Counted from the whole stretch's first letter, positions 26,986 through 41,503 are shown. The stretch: 63,508 nucleotides of DNA, filler included, from Octopus bimaculoides (GCF_001194135.2; 6 parts of 6 records of this genome joined end to end with filler, not necessarily neighbours in it); one strand, 5' to 3'. Notes: a model not told the origin generated them from the sequence alone. A program made the numbers and translations.

Positions 26986-28923
26986 GATCTGCATCCAACT
27001 GCCTCCTTTGCAACACCCTAGTCCACTTCAGCTGCCGTAAAAGACAAACGAACACTAGTGGAAAGCTGCAATTTACAATGTGACAGGTAGAGACATATAT
27101 AATTATATCTGTACAAGTTCCGTTTCCTGCAATTACCGGAAGTGGGTCAGGAGAAGTCTTTATTGAACATCTCTTGTATGTACAGTTAACTACTTAACGT
27201 CTCTATTAAACTTCACGCTTATAAAAAGATTCTCTATCATTTTGCGTAACTTAACGCTCACAAACTTTAAGTTACACACCATGGTCTATAGGTATTAACC
27301 ATTCTAGCTTAATATATTTATTTATATTATCGTATAAGTTTTTCTACTTTAAATATATTGTCAACAGGATAACAACTATCGATTCCTTGGTTGGGTGTAT
27401 GTTAATCAATCGACACCGCCAAGTATGGATTTTAAAGGTGACATTAACGTAAGACTCGTAATATTATTACCAAACTACAAAGGTTAACAACTATAATATT
27501 AAGTATTTTCTGTGTCCATGAAGGGAGTTGGTAGCAAGAAGGCATCACTCGATTTTACCTATCTAAGAACTTACTGGTTCTAGTTAAAGTTGATCCTATT
27601 AAAACTTGAACTTGATATCATAAGAGGTTGTATTCAAATACTATGAAGCATGTATGTGCTATGCTGTTCTATGTTTTCATCAAATTCACAAAATATTTTA
27701 ATTAAGTGCGGGCTTACTTAATGTAGTGAGACGAATAGAAATCTAATTAATTTAAATTACCACCCACCATGTAATGAAAAGAAAATTTATTATCGTTAAT
27801 GAAACTTCTTGCAAGAAAGAAAAGAGAAAGAACATCAACATTTAAATTGATTGAAAATTGACTAGTGACTTGCAGTGAGAATGAATTTGATCTTCAGGAA
27901 GCACCGTGACAAATCTGATATAATCCGGTCTTATGAAATCTCTTCAGGGATGCAGTATCAATAATATACCAGCAATCAGAATTTATTTTTTGTAGAGGTA
28001 CATGATGTTCTCGAAGTGTCACATGATTTACTTAATAAATAATATGTTTGGTATTTTATCAATTCTGACGGAATGGATAAGGAATTATAATTAAAAAACA
28101 TAGCCAAATCTAAATACAAAAAATTTAGTCAACTGTTTCGGGGTAGTTAATTAAATTGCTTTTTAGCATAGCAATAATGGCTCCAATAGCAAAAGTGCAA
28201 CAATAGCATAGCAACACGGGAATCATGGAAGCCTTGTAATGACACAAACAGCCGCGGCACACGCAAACGGAGAGTAAAGAAGGCACCATGAATAATATGA
28301 ACGATAATTATTAATTCACGAAAAGGAGCAAAAATAGTAACAAAATGGTGGTTACAACTTTACAAACAACTAAAAAAAAGTGGGGGACAAAGATCTGAAC
28401 ACAAACAAAAATGATATCAATAATAGCAAAAACAACAACAATAATAAATGTTGTTAGCAACAGCCTGAGTGCAAAGACAAACCGAAATTCGTTTAAACGG
28501 TTTGAACAAACAACAGCAGTGTAGTAATAACAATTAACTGTTTCTGATTTTTTTTCCTCTCTAAAACTTAGGATTTCCTTTCACTGGGAACGTTAATTAG
28601 ATATATATTGTTGTTCTTCTTGCCGTTGTCGTTCGAGGTGATTGTTGTGATGGCTGTGGTGAAAGTGTTTTTTTTTTAATTTTTATATTTCTTATGATGT
28701 TAATGGTAGCAATGATGGAGATAATGTGAGTGGTGCTGATAGTCGATTTCTTTTTCTTCTCATTCTTCCTATTCCATGCTATGACTCTATTTTTTTCGCT
28801 TCGTTTATTCTTCATTTTATTGTTGTTGATTATACTGTACTTCATTTCCTAACATTTTCTTCGTATGTTTTTGATTTCGTCAGGAGTTTTTTCTTATGAT
28901 GCAGAGCTTAATAGTAGCAGCAT

Positions 28924-29025
<102 letters not shown>

Positions 29026-29613
29026 AGCTGCTGCTACAGCTGCTACTACTACTACTATTNNNNNNNNNNNNNNNNNNNNNNNNNNNNNNNNNNNNNNNNN
29101 NNNNNNNNNNNNNNNNNNNNNNNNNNNNNNNNNNNNNNNNNNNNNNNNNNNNNNNNNNNNNNNNNNNNNNNNNNNNNNNNNNNNNNNNNNNNNNNNNNNN
29201 NNNNNNNNNNNNNNNNNNNNNNNNNNNNNNNNNNNNNNNNNNNNNNNNNNNNNNNNNNNNNNNNNNNNNNNNNNNNNNNNNNNNNNNNNNNNNNNNNNNN
29301 NNNNNNGATGATGAACATCATCCTTATCGCAATTTTCGTCACCATCATCAACACTACCATCATCATCATCATTAACATCATCATCATCCCCATAGTCGTT
29401 GTCTTCTACTTCTACATCATCATAACCATCGTCATCATCATCATCATCATCATCATCATCGTCATCATCATCATCATTATCATCATCGTCAATATTTTCT
29501 TTGAAAAATTCTTCTTATTTTTTCGTTGTGCTTGTATTGGTTTATTTTTCATATTTTCATTTTCAGGTGTGTTTCTATATTTTCCTCTCTATTTTTTTTT
29601 TCATTAGCGCCTT

Positions 29614-29790
29614 TTGTCATATATTTTTTGTAATTCATATAATGCACTTTGGTTTCTTTCTCTCCATCTTTCCCTTCTCCCTTACACTTCACTTCATTCT
29701 CTTCTCTGCCTTACTAAGCAACTCCATCCGTTGCTATACATACAAATATATACATACATACATACATACATACATACATACATACATACA
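29614..29790 (+). repeat. ~160-bp non-simple sequence plus (TACA)n with an inverted partner at 34239-34399
   Basis: ttgtcatatatttt..gtaattcatataatgcactttggtttctttct...ctccatccg is near-identical to the reverse complement of 34239-34399. Confidence 0.9.
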
Positions 29791-29877
29791 TACATACATA
29801 CATACAAATACATACATACATACATACATACATACATGCATGCATACATATATACATACATACTTACGTACATACAA

Positions 29878-29924
<47 letters not shown>

Positions 29925-30124
29925 GTTTAAACTGAGCTGTATATCCCTGTTATTTAACATGCTTCTAATACCCCTTTTAACAATTTTAATTTTAATTTTA
30001 TTGTTAAAGAACATAATATTACACGGCCTTTTGCTATACCTTGATTATACAATTTTTCCCTCTGAGCTCTTAATGATTTTCTAGATTTTCTAGATCCCAG
30101 CATGTCGTCCTAAGTTTCATAGCG

Positions 30125-30142
30125 TAACCCTAACCCTAACCC
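30125..30142. repeat. Short interstitial telomere-type repeat (TAACCC)3
   Basis: Three exact hexamers. Confidence 0.7.
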
Positions 30143-31694
30143 TTTAACTGAAAATAATGATGAAAGTTAATGTCACCCCTACCCTACCTCTATTATGGGC
30201 ACTTACTGCTATCTAGTTCACTCCTTCTAAAGTTTTTTTTTTCTTTTTGTGGCGAGGGGTACCTATGTCAATAAGAAATTAATGTTTGTTTCTGTTTGTG
30301 ATGAGGAGTATTTATGGCATTAAGAAATTAAGAAATAGTAAGAAATTAAGGAATAGGTGAAACATCTAGTAATATTTATTTATGAGAAGCAGCCAAGTCT
30401 AAGTTGTCAACTCACAATGGTCTTTATTCTCAATAAACGTAGTATTCTAGCCTTAGATATTTTGCTGATGATAAGAAGGTAGATAAAAAAAATAATTCAG
30501 ATGGATTATAATGCTATGACCCTCACTGTGTTCCATGCTACTCCAAAATTGTAGTTCTTCTCTTAGATTATTCATGCTGCAATAGTGACAGCATGAAATT
30601 CTTTCATCTTCTAGCTCTGACGAAATATTTGAGAAAATTATATTAATATATCTTGTCTGTTGAAAATCCATGTTTATTGCAACTGAAAATAGCACTGTAT
30701 TTAGACGTATGTAATACTTGCATTGTTCAATTAAATGCAGCCGCTTGAAACGGTCGTATTGCACTAATACTTGACATCCAGTTACTTATTTTGATTTAAC
30801 ACACACAAACACGCACACACACACATACACACANNNNNNNNNNNNNNNNNNNNNNNNNNNNNNNNNNNNNNNNNNNNNNNNNNNNNNNNNNNNNNNNNNN
30901 NNNNNNNNNNNNNNNNNNNNNNNNNNNNNNNNNNNNNNNNNNNNNNNNNNNNNNNNNNNNNNNNNNNNNNNNNNNNNNNNNNNNNNNNNNNNNNNNNNNN
31001 NNNNNNNNNNNNNNNNNNNNNNNNNNNNNNNNNNNNNNNNNNNNNNNNNNNNNNNNNNNNNNNNNNNNNNNNNNNNNNNNNNNNNNNNNNNNNNNNNNNN
31101 NNNNNNNNNNNNNNNNNNNNNNNNNNNNNNNNNNNNNNNNNNNNNNNNNNNNNNNNNNNNNNNNNNNNNNNNNNNNNNNNNNNNNNNNNNNNNNNNNNNN
31201 NNNNNNNNNNNNNNNNNNNNNNNNNNNNNNNNNNNNNNNNNNNNNNNNNNNNNNNNNNNNNNNNNNNNNNNNNNNNNNNNNNNNNNNNNNNNNNNNNNNN
31301 NNNNNNNNNNNNNNNNNNNNNNNNNNNNNNNNNNNNNNNNNNNNNNNNNNNNNNNNNNNNNNNNNNNNNNTATATATACACACATATGCGTGCGCGCGTA
31401 CACACACGCACATATTGTTGCTGCAGTTGTTGAAGCTGAATCCTTGGTAGATTTGTCACGCGTCAAAAAAAAAAAAAATGCCTTACATTACTCCAACACA
31501 CAATTCCTTTCATTTCTGAGACAGATTCTTTTTGAAATTTTAGAATGCTCTTCTCTTCATACCATACAGACATTCTTATTTCAGACTTTGCGTTAATTGA
31601 ACTTAGAATTCAAATATCTGGTAGCAACGCCACTAATTATTTTCTCCACTGTACTTACCATTCTGTCAGCTCGACGCCGTAGTAATAATAATAA

Positions 31695-32541
31695 TTCTTT
31701 CTACTAACAGCACAAGGCCGGGTATTTGGGGGGAATGGACTAGTTGATTTCATTGACCCCATTTTTCCAGTGGTTCTTTGCTAATCGACCACGAAAGGAT
31801 GAAAAGCAAAGTCGACCTCGGCGGAATTTAAAATCAAAACGTAGCGCCGGGCGAAATACCGCTAAGCATTTCGTTCAGAGTGCTAACAATTCTGCCAGCT
31901 CACTACCTGTTAGTAATAATAATAATAATGATTTCAAATTTCGGCACAAGGCCAGCAAGTTCAGGGAGGGGACTAGTTAATTATATTGAACGCAGTATAT
32001 AACTGGTACTTATATAATTGATCCCGAAAGGATGAAAGCAAAGTCGACATCGGTCGAATTTGAAATCAGAACATAAAGACGAACGAAATGCTGTTAAGTA
32101 TTTTTGCCCGATGTGATAACGATTCTACCAGTCCACCACCTTATGTTTTGAATTTTGGCACAAGGCCAGCAGTTTTTGTGGGGAGGGAAATTCGATGATA
32201 GTAACTCCAGTATTTCATTGGTACCTAGTTTGTTGATCCCTGTGGGAGAAAGGTGAAGTCGACCTCGGCGGAATTTGAACTCAAATGGAAATTAGAAAGA
32301 AATACTGAGAAACATTTTAGCCAAGTAATAACGATAATGGTTTCGAATTGTGGTGCAAGGCCAGTTAGTTTTTGAGGGAAGGGGCAGTCTATTACGACCC
32401 AGTACTTCACTGATAGTTATTTTATCGTTCCCGTAAGTATGAAAAGTAATGTCCACCTCGGAGGTGTTTGAACTCGAATGGGCCATTCGAAAGAGATGCT
32501 GTGAAACATTTTCTTCAAGTAACAACAACAACAACAACAAC

Positions 32542-32612
<71 letters not shown>

Positions 32613-32740
32613 TTGATTTGGACACAAGGCCAATAAAATCTGGTCTAGAGTACAGTTAATTAAATCGATCTCAGTACGTTACTGACGACTTGTTTTATAG
32701 AACCTAGAGAGATGAGAGACAAGAGATAAAACTGATCACG
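31695..32740 (-). mobile_element. Head-to-tail array of five SINE family B copies with AAT-rich linkers
   Basis: Repeated modules cacaaggcc...gatgaaag.caaagtcgacctcggcggaatttgaactc...gccagct at about 31695, 31930, 32150, 32345 and 32615. Confidence 0.85.
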
Positions 32741-33964
32741 ACCGAAATTATTGTTAACCAAAACAGAAATTGAAATTGTAGTAAAAATAGTAATAGCAAA
32801 TAAAGATAGCAAATCTTGTTCAGTTAACTTGTGGTTGATAAGAAAAAAGTTTGGTAGAAGGGAACATGCAGGATAAGAAAGTTCAAAAGCTCAGATATAA
32901 ACAAAAAAATTGGTTTTAGAATGTTAAGGCAGTTAAAAATGAAAGAAAAACTATTAGCATGAAAGTAAATTGTACAAGAAAGAAATCATAGTACTTCTAC
33001 GAGCACATGCCAACTATATTGTTTAAAGAAGTTCTCCAAGATGAGAACTGATTTCTAGCAGAGCCAACTGTAACGAAACGATACAGATGATTGGGAAATT
33101 GTATTCTTTTTTTTCATTCTTCAGCAGAAGGCCATTAGCAAAATTACGAAACTGGAGAGTGTTTCGCTATGAATGCAATAGAGTCGTGAAAACGCTTCAC
33201 TAAAATTTGAGAATTGTTTTTCACCAACAGAAATAGAATTGGCGTGTATGAAAAACATACAAATCAAAAATATTGAACAAATTAGTAAAAAAGAAACAAA
33301 AAAAAAATGCGTGGGGAAGGCTTCTCGTGCATTTTCTTTAGTAAAATATTTCACAGAAATATAAACAAACCCAGTAAGGTATATATATATCTGCCGTAAA
33401 AGAAGGCTAAATTTCGAGCAACGAGCTCAAAATATATGATAGTGAAAATGGAATTATATTTAAAGGAATAACATGATGAATGCCAGAAAAAAAATGACTG
33501 AACCACCGGAATGAACATATATAGACACACTTGAAAAACACAGTGAATAACCAATTATTTTAGAGCAAAAGCACACCATATTACGCTGTGATGTGCATAC
33601 TTGTGAGTTAGTGTGCGTGTGTGTGTGTGGGGGGGAATATATGTGAGTGTGTGCCTGCTCGTGTACCTCTGTGTATTCTTTGTTTTTTTTATTGAGTGCA
33701 GCCCATTGGACAAGCTTTTCTCCCTTTTCATAGATCGGCTTCTCAAGTACATTGCAACAATGTTAATTGCATGCGTCTAGGGAATTATATTATTAGAAAG
33801 AGAAACTAGTTTAAATAGCTATGTTAGGAAAATGTGTACTACATAAAGCAGCTACATGGTAAACCATGTTCTTCAGGTGATGTCAACATAAGGCCGATGC
33901 TAGTTCAATCCCAGTATATGAAACAATCGTCACGTAGGGTTGACAAACATATATACATACATAG

Positions 33965-33998
<34 letters not shown>

Positions 33999-34008
33999 NN
34001 NNNNNNNN

Positions 34009-34042
<34 letters not shown>

Positions 34043-34888
34043 GTTGCCCACTCGTGACAGAGAAAGACAATCTCTGACCATTGCCCATGCAAAATACCAG
34101 TAATGCTTGTGCTTGATGTTATTGCACTACCACTCCGCTTTACTTGGATTCGCATCTGCATTTTACTGCTCGACGCAGCTGCCCACTACTTGACCTGACA
34201 CAGAATGTTCACCGCGCCGGTGATTGCACAAGCTAAACTGTATGTATGTATGTATGTATGTATGTATTTGTATATATAATGACGGATGGAGTTGTTTAGT
34301 AAGGCAGAGAAGAGAATGAAGTGAAGTGTAAGGGAGAAGGGAAAGATGGCGAGAAAGAAACCAAAGTGCATTATATGAATTACAAAACATATATGACAAG
34401 CTTGTTGAGTACTTCGTAGGCTCTTCCCACCCTACTGACATATTCCAGAGACAAAACTGGGCTAGATATCCATTGCCATTATGGGTTGCAGGCTCAGGCA
34501 TGTGGGAGTGCCATGATCATAAGCGCAAGCAAAAGTTCCCCAAAATTTTCTATGCCATTCCCTGCAAAGTGACGTTCTGCTAGAACGAGGTACCCTTAGC
34601 AAAAGCTAAGAGGTGTCTCACTTCCAGCACGCTGGACACCAACACCGAATTTCAAAGGGCATGTGTTATTATTAGATAGTCATTGAACAAACACTAGCTT
34701 TATCCGTCCATTTGGCAGGTCACTAGGCAAGGTCTTGTTTCTTTTATCACCAGGCGGTGATGGCTTAGTTAGTCGTCTTTGACATGACCATGCAACAGGT
34801 TGTACTGCATTCCATGTTAACAGTAGCACTCATGAGAGAAACCCCCAAATGCCACACAAAGGTAAGTATGTGTTTGTGTGTGTGTGTG

Positions 34889-34919
<31 letters not shown>

Positions 34920-35483
34920 AGAAAAATTAACAAGCCAGTTTATCTCGATATCAATAAAAACTGAATTTCTGTCATTTCTTAGTACGCTCTTGTTGCTTAA
35001 TGGAAGCATGCTACTGATGACGCTTAAGAATGTAGTAATTCCACAATCGCTATCAGATACTTTTCGTCTGCTACTGATATATATCGGTGCTTTTTAACAT
35101 TTTACCTCGATACAACATTTTTCAAGACGAATACCGCATTTGCAGGGCTTTCTACATTACATCTGAGTTATATATAATATACGAAGTGATATACTATGTA
35201 TGTGTTTCTGTGTATGTGTACGCTATTTGAGTGCGTGATCTTTATTTCTTTGAATATGTTTTTGCATGTGAATTCGTATTGTATTCAGACCACGACAATA
35301 TTCAATGCCTTTTCGTTTTTATAAGTTTGTCTAAGTGCCTTGCCAAGATAATATTTCTCAATCCAGCAATGTCATATCTAGACCTTTACTGGCATATCTT
35401 CAGGATGTGAAATGTTTTGGGTCTTTCTAGCGTAAATTTCATATGAGAAATGCACATGACGCTCGTAGTAGTTTGTTATTTCA

Positions 35484-35514
<31 letters not shown>

Positions 35515-35699
35515 GCACACACACACAAACACACACATACATATATACATACATGCATACATGCATACATACATACATACATACATACATAGACGCCTAC
35601 ATACATGAGCCGCAAAAAAACAAAACACACAACAAGCGCACGCACACACTCACACACATACAAACAAACAGACAACACACACACAAATAGATATATTTG

Positions 35700-35860
35700 G
35701 CACGCTTCTATCATTTTCCATGTTCCAAATCCATTCACAAGGCTTTGATCGGCCTTAATAGAAGACAATTGCCCGATGCACCACGCAGTATGATTGAACA
35801 CGGAACCATGTGGTATGTGGTGGGGAGGCAAGGTTCTCACTACACAGCTACACGTATGCG
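35700..35860 (-). mobile_element. SINE family A, 5' half, diverged
   Basis: Reverse complement of the family A head (tccattcacaaggctttg..ggcc...gaaccatgtgg...ctcactacacagc). Confidence 0.7.
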
Positions 35861-35903
35861 TATGCATGTATGTATGTATGTATGTATGTATGCATGCATG
35901 TAT

Positions 35904-35942
<39 letters not shown>

Positions 35943-36645
35943 NNNNNNNNNNNNNNNNNNNNNNNNNNNNNNNNNNNNNNNNNNNNNNNNNNNNNNNNNN
36001 NNNNNNNNNNNNNNNNNNNNNNNNNNNNNNNNNNNNNNNNNNNNNNNNNNNNNNNNNNNNNNNNNNNNNNNNNNNNNNNNNNNNNNNNNNNNNNNNNNNN
36101 NNNNNNNNNNNNNNNNNNNNNNNNNNNNNNNNNNNNNNNNNNNNNNNNNNNNNNNNNNNNNNNNNNNNNNNNNNNNNNNNNNNNNNNNNNNNNNNNNNNN
36201 NNNNNNNNNNNNNNNNNNNNNNNNNNNNNNNNNNNNNNNNNNNNNNNNNNNNNNNNNNNNNNNNNNNNNNNNNNNNNNNNNNNNNNNNNNNNNNNNNNNN
36301 NNNNNNNNNNNNNNNNNNNNNNNNNNNNNNNNNNNNNNNNNNNNNNNNNNNNNNNNNNNNNNNNNNNNNNNNNNNNNNNNNNNNNNNNNNNNNNNNNNNN
36401 NNNNNNNNNNNNNNNNNNNNNNNNNNNNNNNNNNNNNNNNNNNNNNNNNNNNNNNNNNNNNNNNNNNNNNNNNNNNNNNNNNNNNNNNNNNNNNNNNNNN
36501 NNNNNNNNNNNNNNNNNNNNNNNNNNNNNNNNNNNNNNNNNNNNNNNNNNNNNNNNNNNNNNNNNNNNNNNNNNNNNNNNNNNNNNNNNNNNNNNNNNNN
36601 NNNNNNNNNNNNNNNNNNNNNNNNNNNNNNNNNNNNNNNNNNNNN

Positions 36646-36685
<40 letters not shown>

Positions 36686-39054
36686 GCGCGTATACATATG
36701 CATACATACATACATAAACACGCACATAGCAGTAACCCGTCGGTTTAGTTGTGCCTGAAATTCTCAGTTTCAACTTTGTCACTGTTTGTAAATTATATTA
36801 AGTGCGCAGGTATCTGGGGAATGTTAATTGAATGAACCAGTAGTTGATCTTATCGTGCAATTGAATACTAATAGTCGAATCCGATGTAGATTCATTTACT
36901 TTTATGTTACATACAACGTATCGATGCGATGCATATTCTAAAGAAGGACAAAAAGCAAAAGCATAATCTAATCAAATTGTAAAATGCTCATCATTGCTAC
37001 TCGTTCTTTAACATCAGTAGAGGACGCTGACAATAACGAGGACGATGTGAAGAAAGAGAGGACAACAATGAAATGATAATGACGATTGTAGAAGCTAAAG
37101 ATAATTAGCAAGAGATCGAGGCGAGGTGAGAGTAGATGTGTATATTAGCTTTTATTGCCGTCTGCTTTAAAGATTTCCTTTTGCATCGCTGTTAATAGTT
37201 AAATGCGATACAGAAACAACAAAAACGAAACGAAACGAAACACAAAACTATCGCATCTCAACATTTACCGCTTTACCCCGTTCCTCCGCTCTCTTTCACT
37301 CTTTCCCTCTCTCTCACACTCTTTGGCCCAGTTTTCTACATAACCTCCCCCCAGCAACACCTCTCCCCTCTCCTCGCTTTTATTCTTTCCTACTGTTGTT
37401 CATCTCTTCTTCTTCTTCTCTCTCTTTCTCCAGTATCTTCCTCTTCTCCTGCCTCGCAGCTCTTTTCCGATATTCCGACGCACATACATACATATATAAA
37501 CACACATATGCACACATACGTATATAGTATATATGTTTGTATTTATATATATATATTCGTGTGCGCGTGTTTGTACGTATGTGTATACATATATGCATAT
37601 ATTTCTGTGTATATAAACGTACAGACGTATAACACTCACCCCCCCCACACACACACACATACACATATATTTTCTACTCCTCTCTTTCCATTCTCCTATT
37701 TTGTCTTCCTATTCTCCCAGTCTACTTTGTCGCCCCTATCACAATTTCACCCCTTCTATCTCTCGCCCTCTTTCTCTCTCCTTGTCTCTCTCTCTCTTTC
37801 TCTCTTTCTTTCTCGCCCTTCCATTCCCACTTTATGATAATACGATCGGCGAAGCGTTATTTAGCAGACTAAAACACGGAAGTGAAAAGAATTGGAGCTC
37901 GAAAAATTGAAAAAGAAGAGTAAAGACAAAAATAAAAAGAAAAGATATAATGAGAACGAGAAAACATAAATGAAAATAAAAGAGAGAAAACAACCAGAAG
38001 AGGAGCAAGCATCCCTCTCTTTATATCTCTCTGCTGCTCACACTTCTAACAGAATCAATCATTCTTTCTCCCTCCTACTCACATGTTTCTCACTGTCTCC
38101 CTCTACCCCTCTCTCTTCTGTCTCCTTTCAGTGCTACAAATGTAGTACTGCAGTGTCAATAACGTGTTCACAAAGTGTGCGTACGATATATTTTCTCATT
38201 TTCCGTTGAAGTATTTTTGTCGTTTTCGCTTTAAATTTCAATTGATTATTATTATTACTATTACTATTATTATTATTATTATTATTATTATTGTAGTTAT
38301 TTCTTTTCCCGACGTCAGATTTCTAAGATGAGAGACGAGTCTTCCTTTTTAGAAATATCTATAGTTATAAAAGATAGAGCAGAGCAAAGACGTGAGAAGA
38401 GATAGAAAAAAAAAGTTCAGTGGAGGTGAAGGAAAGTGATAAATAGAAGCGGAGAATAGGCAATAAACAGAGGTTATTTAAGAAATTAAAAACAAAAAGA
38501 AAAAAACAAAAAAAACAAGGGAGATGCTCGAGTGATACGGTTAAATCAATACCTGTAATTTTGTACNNNNNNNNNNNNNNNNNNNNNNNNNNNNNNNNNN
38601 NNNNNNNNNNNNNNNNNNNNNNNNNNNNNNNNNNNNNNNNNNNNNNNNNNNNNNNNNNNNNNNNNNNNNNNNNNNNNNNNNNNNNNNNNNNNNNNNNNNN
38701 NNNNNNNNNNNNNNNNNNNNNNNNNNNNNNNNNNNNNNNNNNNNNNNNNNNNNNNNNNNNNNNNNNNNNNNNNNNNNNNNNNNNNNNNNNNNNNNNNNNN
38801 NNNNNNNNNNNNNNNNNNNNNNNNNNNNNNNNNNNNNNNNNNNNNNNNNNNNNNNNNNNNNNNNNNNNNNNNNNNNNNNNNNNNNNNNNNNNNNNNNNNN
38901 NNNNNNNNNNNNNNNNNNNNNNNNNNNNNNNNNNNNNNNNNNNNNNNNNNNNNNNNNNNNNNNNNNNNNNNNNNNNNNNNNNNNNNNNNNNNNNNNNNNN
39001 NNNNNNNNNNNNNNNNNNNNNNNNNNNNNNNNNNNNNNNNNNNNNNNNNNNNNN

Positions 39055-39098
<44 letters not shown>

Positions 39099-39622
39099 TG
39101 TGTGTATAGAGAGAGAGCGAGAGCTGGAGAGGGAGATACATATGTGTGTGAGGGTGTGTGGGCGTGAGTGTGTTTGTGTGTGTATGCATATGTATGCATG
39201 TCTCTATGCATGAACACAGTAGCTATTCTTTAAGAATAACTTAGACTAACGTACACTTTGGTATTAACTGGCAGCTTCAGATTTTGCTTTAACTTATCGA
39301 TTTGCTTGTTGCATAAGAACAGGGTTTCAAATTCATAAATGCAAAGAAATGTATGAGAAGTCAACATCGTTGCAAACCTCATGAATTGTGTTGTGATGTA
39401 AGTGTAAATTAAATGCCTCTAACAAAGAATGAAAAGTGAAGAGCTTCCTTCAAATCACCGGTGTTCAAGATTCAGTGTACCAGTAAGTTTTGGACTTGTT
39501 TCGGAATGCTATACTGGATTTAACCATATTTATATTTGGATCTTTGTAATAGTGAAATGCAATGATAACAGTGGCACTCAGAGGTAAATACAGTGGCATA
39601 TTGCCACTTTATCTTGCCAATT

Positions 39623-40034
39623 AGGCGCAGGAGTGGCTGTGTGGTGATTAGCTTGCTTACCAGCCACATGGTTCCGGGTTCAGTCCCACTGCGTGGTATC
39701 TTGGGCAAGTGTCTTCTACTATAGCCTCGGGCCGACCAAAGCCTTGTGAGTAGATTTGGTAGACGGAAATTGAAAGAAGTCTGTCGTGTGTATGTATATA
39801 TATATATGTATGTATGTGTGTGTGTCTGTGTTTGTCCCCCCAACCTCGCTTGACAACCAATAGTGGTGTGTTTACGTCCCCGTAACTTAGCGGTTCGACA
39901 AAACAGACCAATAGAATAAGTACTAGGCTTACAAAGAATACGTCCTGGGTTCGCTTGGCTCGACTAAAAGGCGGTGTCCCAGCATGCCTGCAGTCAAATG
40001 ACTGAAACATGTAAAAGAGTAAAAAGGGTAAGAG
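39623..40034 (+). mobile_element. SINE family A, full length, best-preserved copy
   Basis: aggcgcaggagtggctgtgtgg...ggttccgggttcagtcccactgcgtgg...aaagagtaaaa tail. Confidence 0.92.
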
Positions 40035-40067
40035 TAATTCAAGCATTTAGCTCTCACTAAATTAATT

Positions 40068-40281
40068 GTTTCAAATTTGGCTTAAGGCCAGCAATTTCGG
40101 GTAAGAGGATAAGTCGATTATGTCGACTCCGGTGTTCGGCTGGTACTTATTTTATCGTCCCCGAAAGAATGAAAGGCAAAGTCAACCTAGGCGGAATATG
40201 ATGAGCAAAGAACATTAAAACAGACGAAATTTCTGCTGAGCTTTTTTCCGGCACAGTAGCGATCCCCCCATCTTGCCGCTT
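40068..40281 (-). mobile_element. SINE family B
   Basis: Family B core on the minus strand, tail-to-tail with the preceding family A copy. Confidence 0.8.
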
Positions 40282-41106
40282 CACGATTCTGCTCGAAACA
40301 GTTTAAGTAGAGGTGCTTAATGTGGCTCTTGAGTGATGCTTTATCTATCGATCACGTATTATCGAAAAGCAAAACCGGATGTAGCCTAGTTTGAACTAAA
40401 CAGCTAAAGACTCCCCAACTAAATATCGTGAGAAATGTCCCTTGTTCTCTTTATTCTGTCACGTTTGGTGTCATGATCTTGATCTAACTTAAACATTTTA
40501 AATTCGTAGAAACAATTGTTTCAGAAAGGATTAAAAAAAATAAAATATTTGTGAAGTTAGAAGAATCAACACTTTTGGCCGTTTCACTTGAAAAAACAAA
40601 AACAAAAACAAACGTTCATCTTGGACTATATCAAAAAACATTTCTGAAAGTTGGCAATGGATTTCAAAGGTAGCATTTATCCAAACAACTCAAGTAACTT
40701 CTATTAAATACGTTATATTTATGTATATTGTACTGGATATTTTCTTTAGGTTTTATGAGGTTTCATCCAGGCAACACCCATGAACTCAAGAAAATAAATT
40801 AACAGCTGATAAAAATAGACAGTCTATATTTTTAGAAAACGTGATAAACAAAGATGCTTCGCACATAATTCTTTCTTTCAAACACTGGATACGTACTAAT
40901 TTCCTTTTATGAATGACAGCTTTATCGATATTGTCAAAAATTCACTGACGATACCAAAAAAAAAAAAAAAAAAAAAAAAANNNNNNNNNNNNNNNNNNNN
41001 NNNNNNNNNNNNNNNNNNNNNNNNTTAATTAATTAANNNNNNNNNNNNNNNNNNNNNNNNNNNNNNNNNNNNNNNNNNNNATATATATATATATATATAC
41101 ATATAT

Positions 41107-41405
41107 GACGGGCTTCTTTCAGCTTCCGTCGAACACAATCATAGATATGTTGTTGAGTAATTATCTCAACTATATACACGTCAGCGGTAAAAAGGTTTGA
41201 AAATATTGTCATGGAAAGTAAAAAAGAAAAAAAGCTTAGAAAAAAGATAATCGCAAAATATGTACAAGTTCAAATATCATAAGACAAGTTTGTGGTCGAC
41301 CCGAAGCTATGGTAGAAGACACTTGGTCGAGGTGCCACGCAGTGTGATTGAACCCAGAACCATGTAGTTGGGAAGCAAGCTTCTTACCACACAGCCATGC
41401 ATGCG
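41107..41405 (-). mobile_element. SINE family A 5' half interrupted by a 158-bp inverted copy of nearby DNA
   Basis: gacgggcttctttcagcttccgtc, then insert 41131-41288, then tttgtggtcgacccgaagc...cttaccacacagcca. Confidence 0.85.
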
Positions 41406-41422
41406 CCTCTATATATAGAAAG

Positions 41423-41424
<2 letters not shown>

Positions 41425-41502
<78 letters not shown>

Positions 41503-41503
41503 G

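Noticed and set aside
30125-30142. (TAACCC)3 as a true telomere or fusion scar
   Set aside because: Only three units, internal, with no head-to-head arrangement.
34400-34800. Possible RTE endonuclease N-terminal relic on the minus strand (LKFG.., LAERHFAGNG)
   Set aside because: Only two short, frameshifted resemblances, too weak to call.
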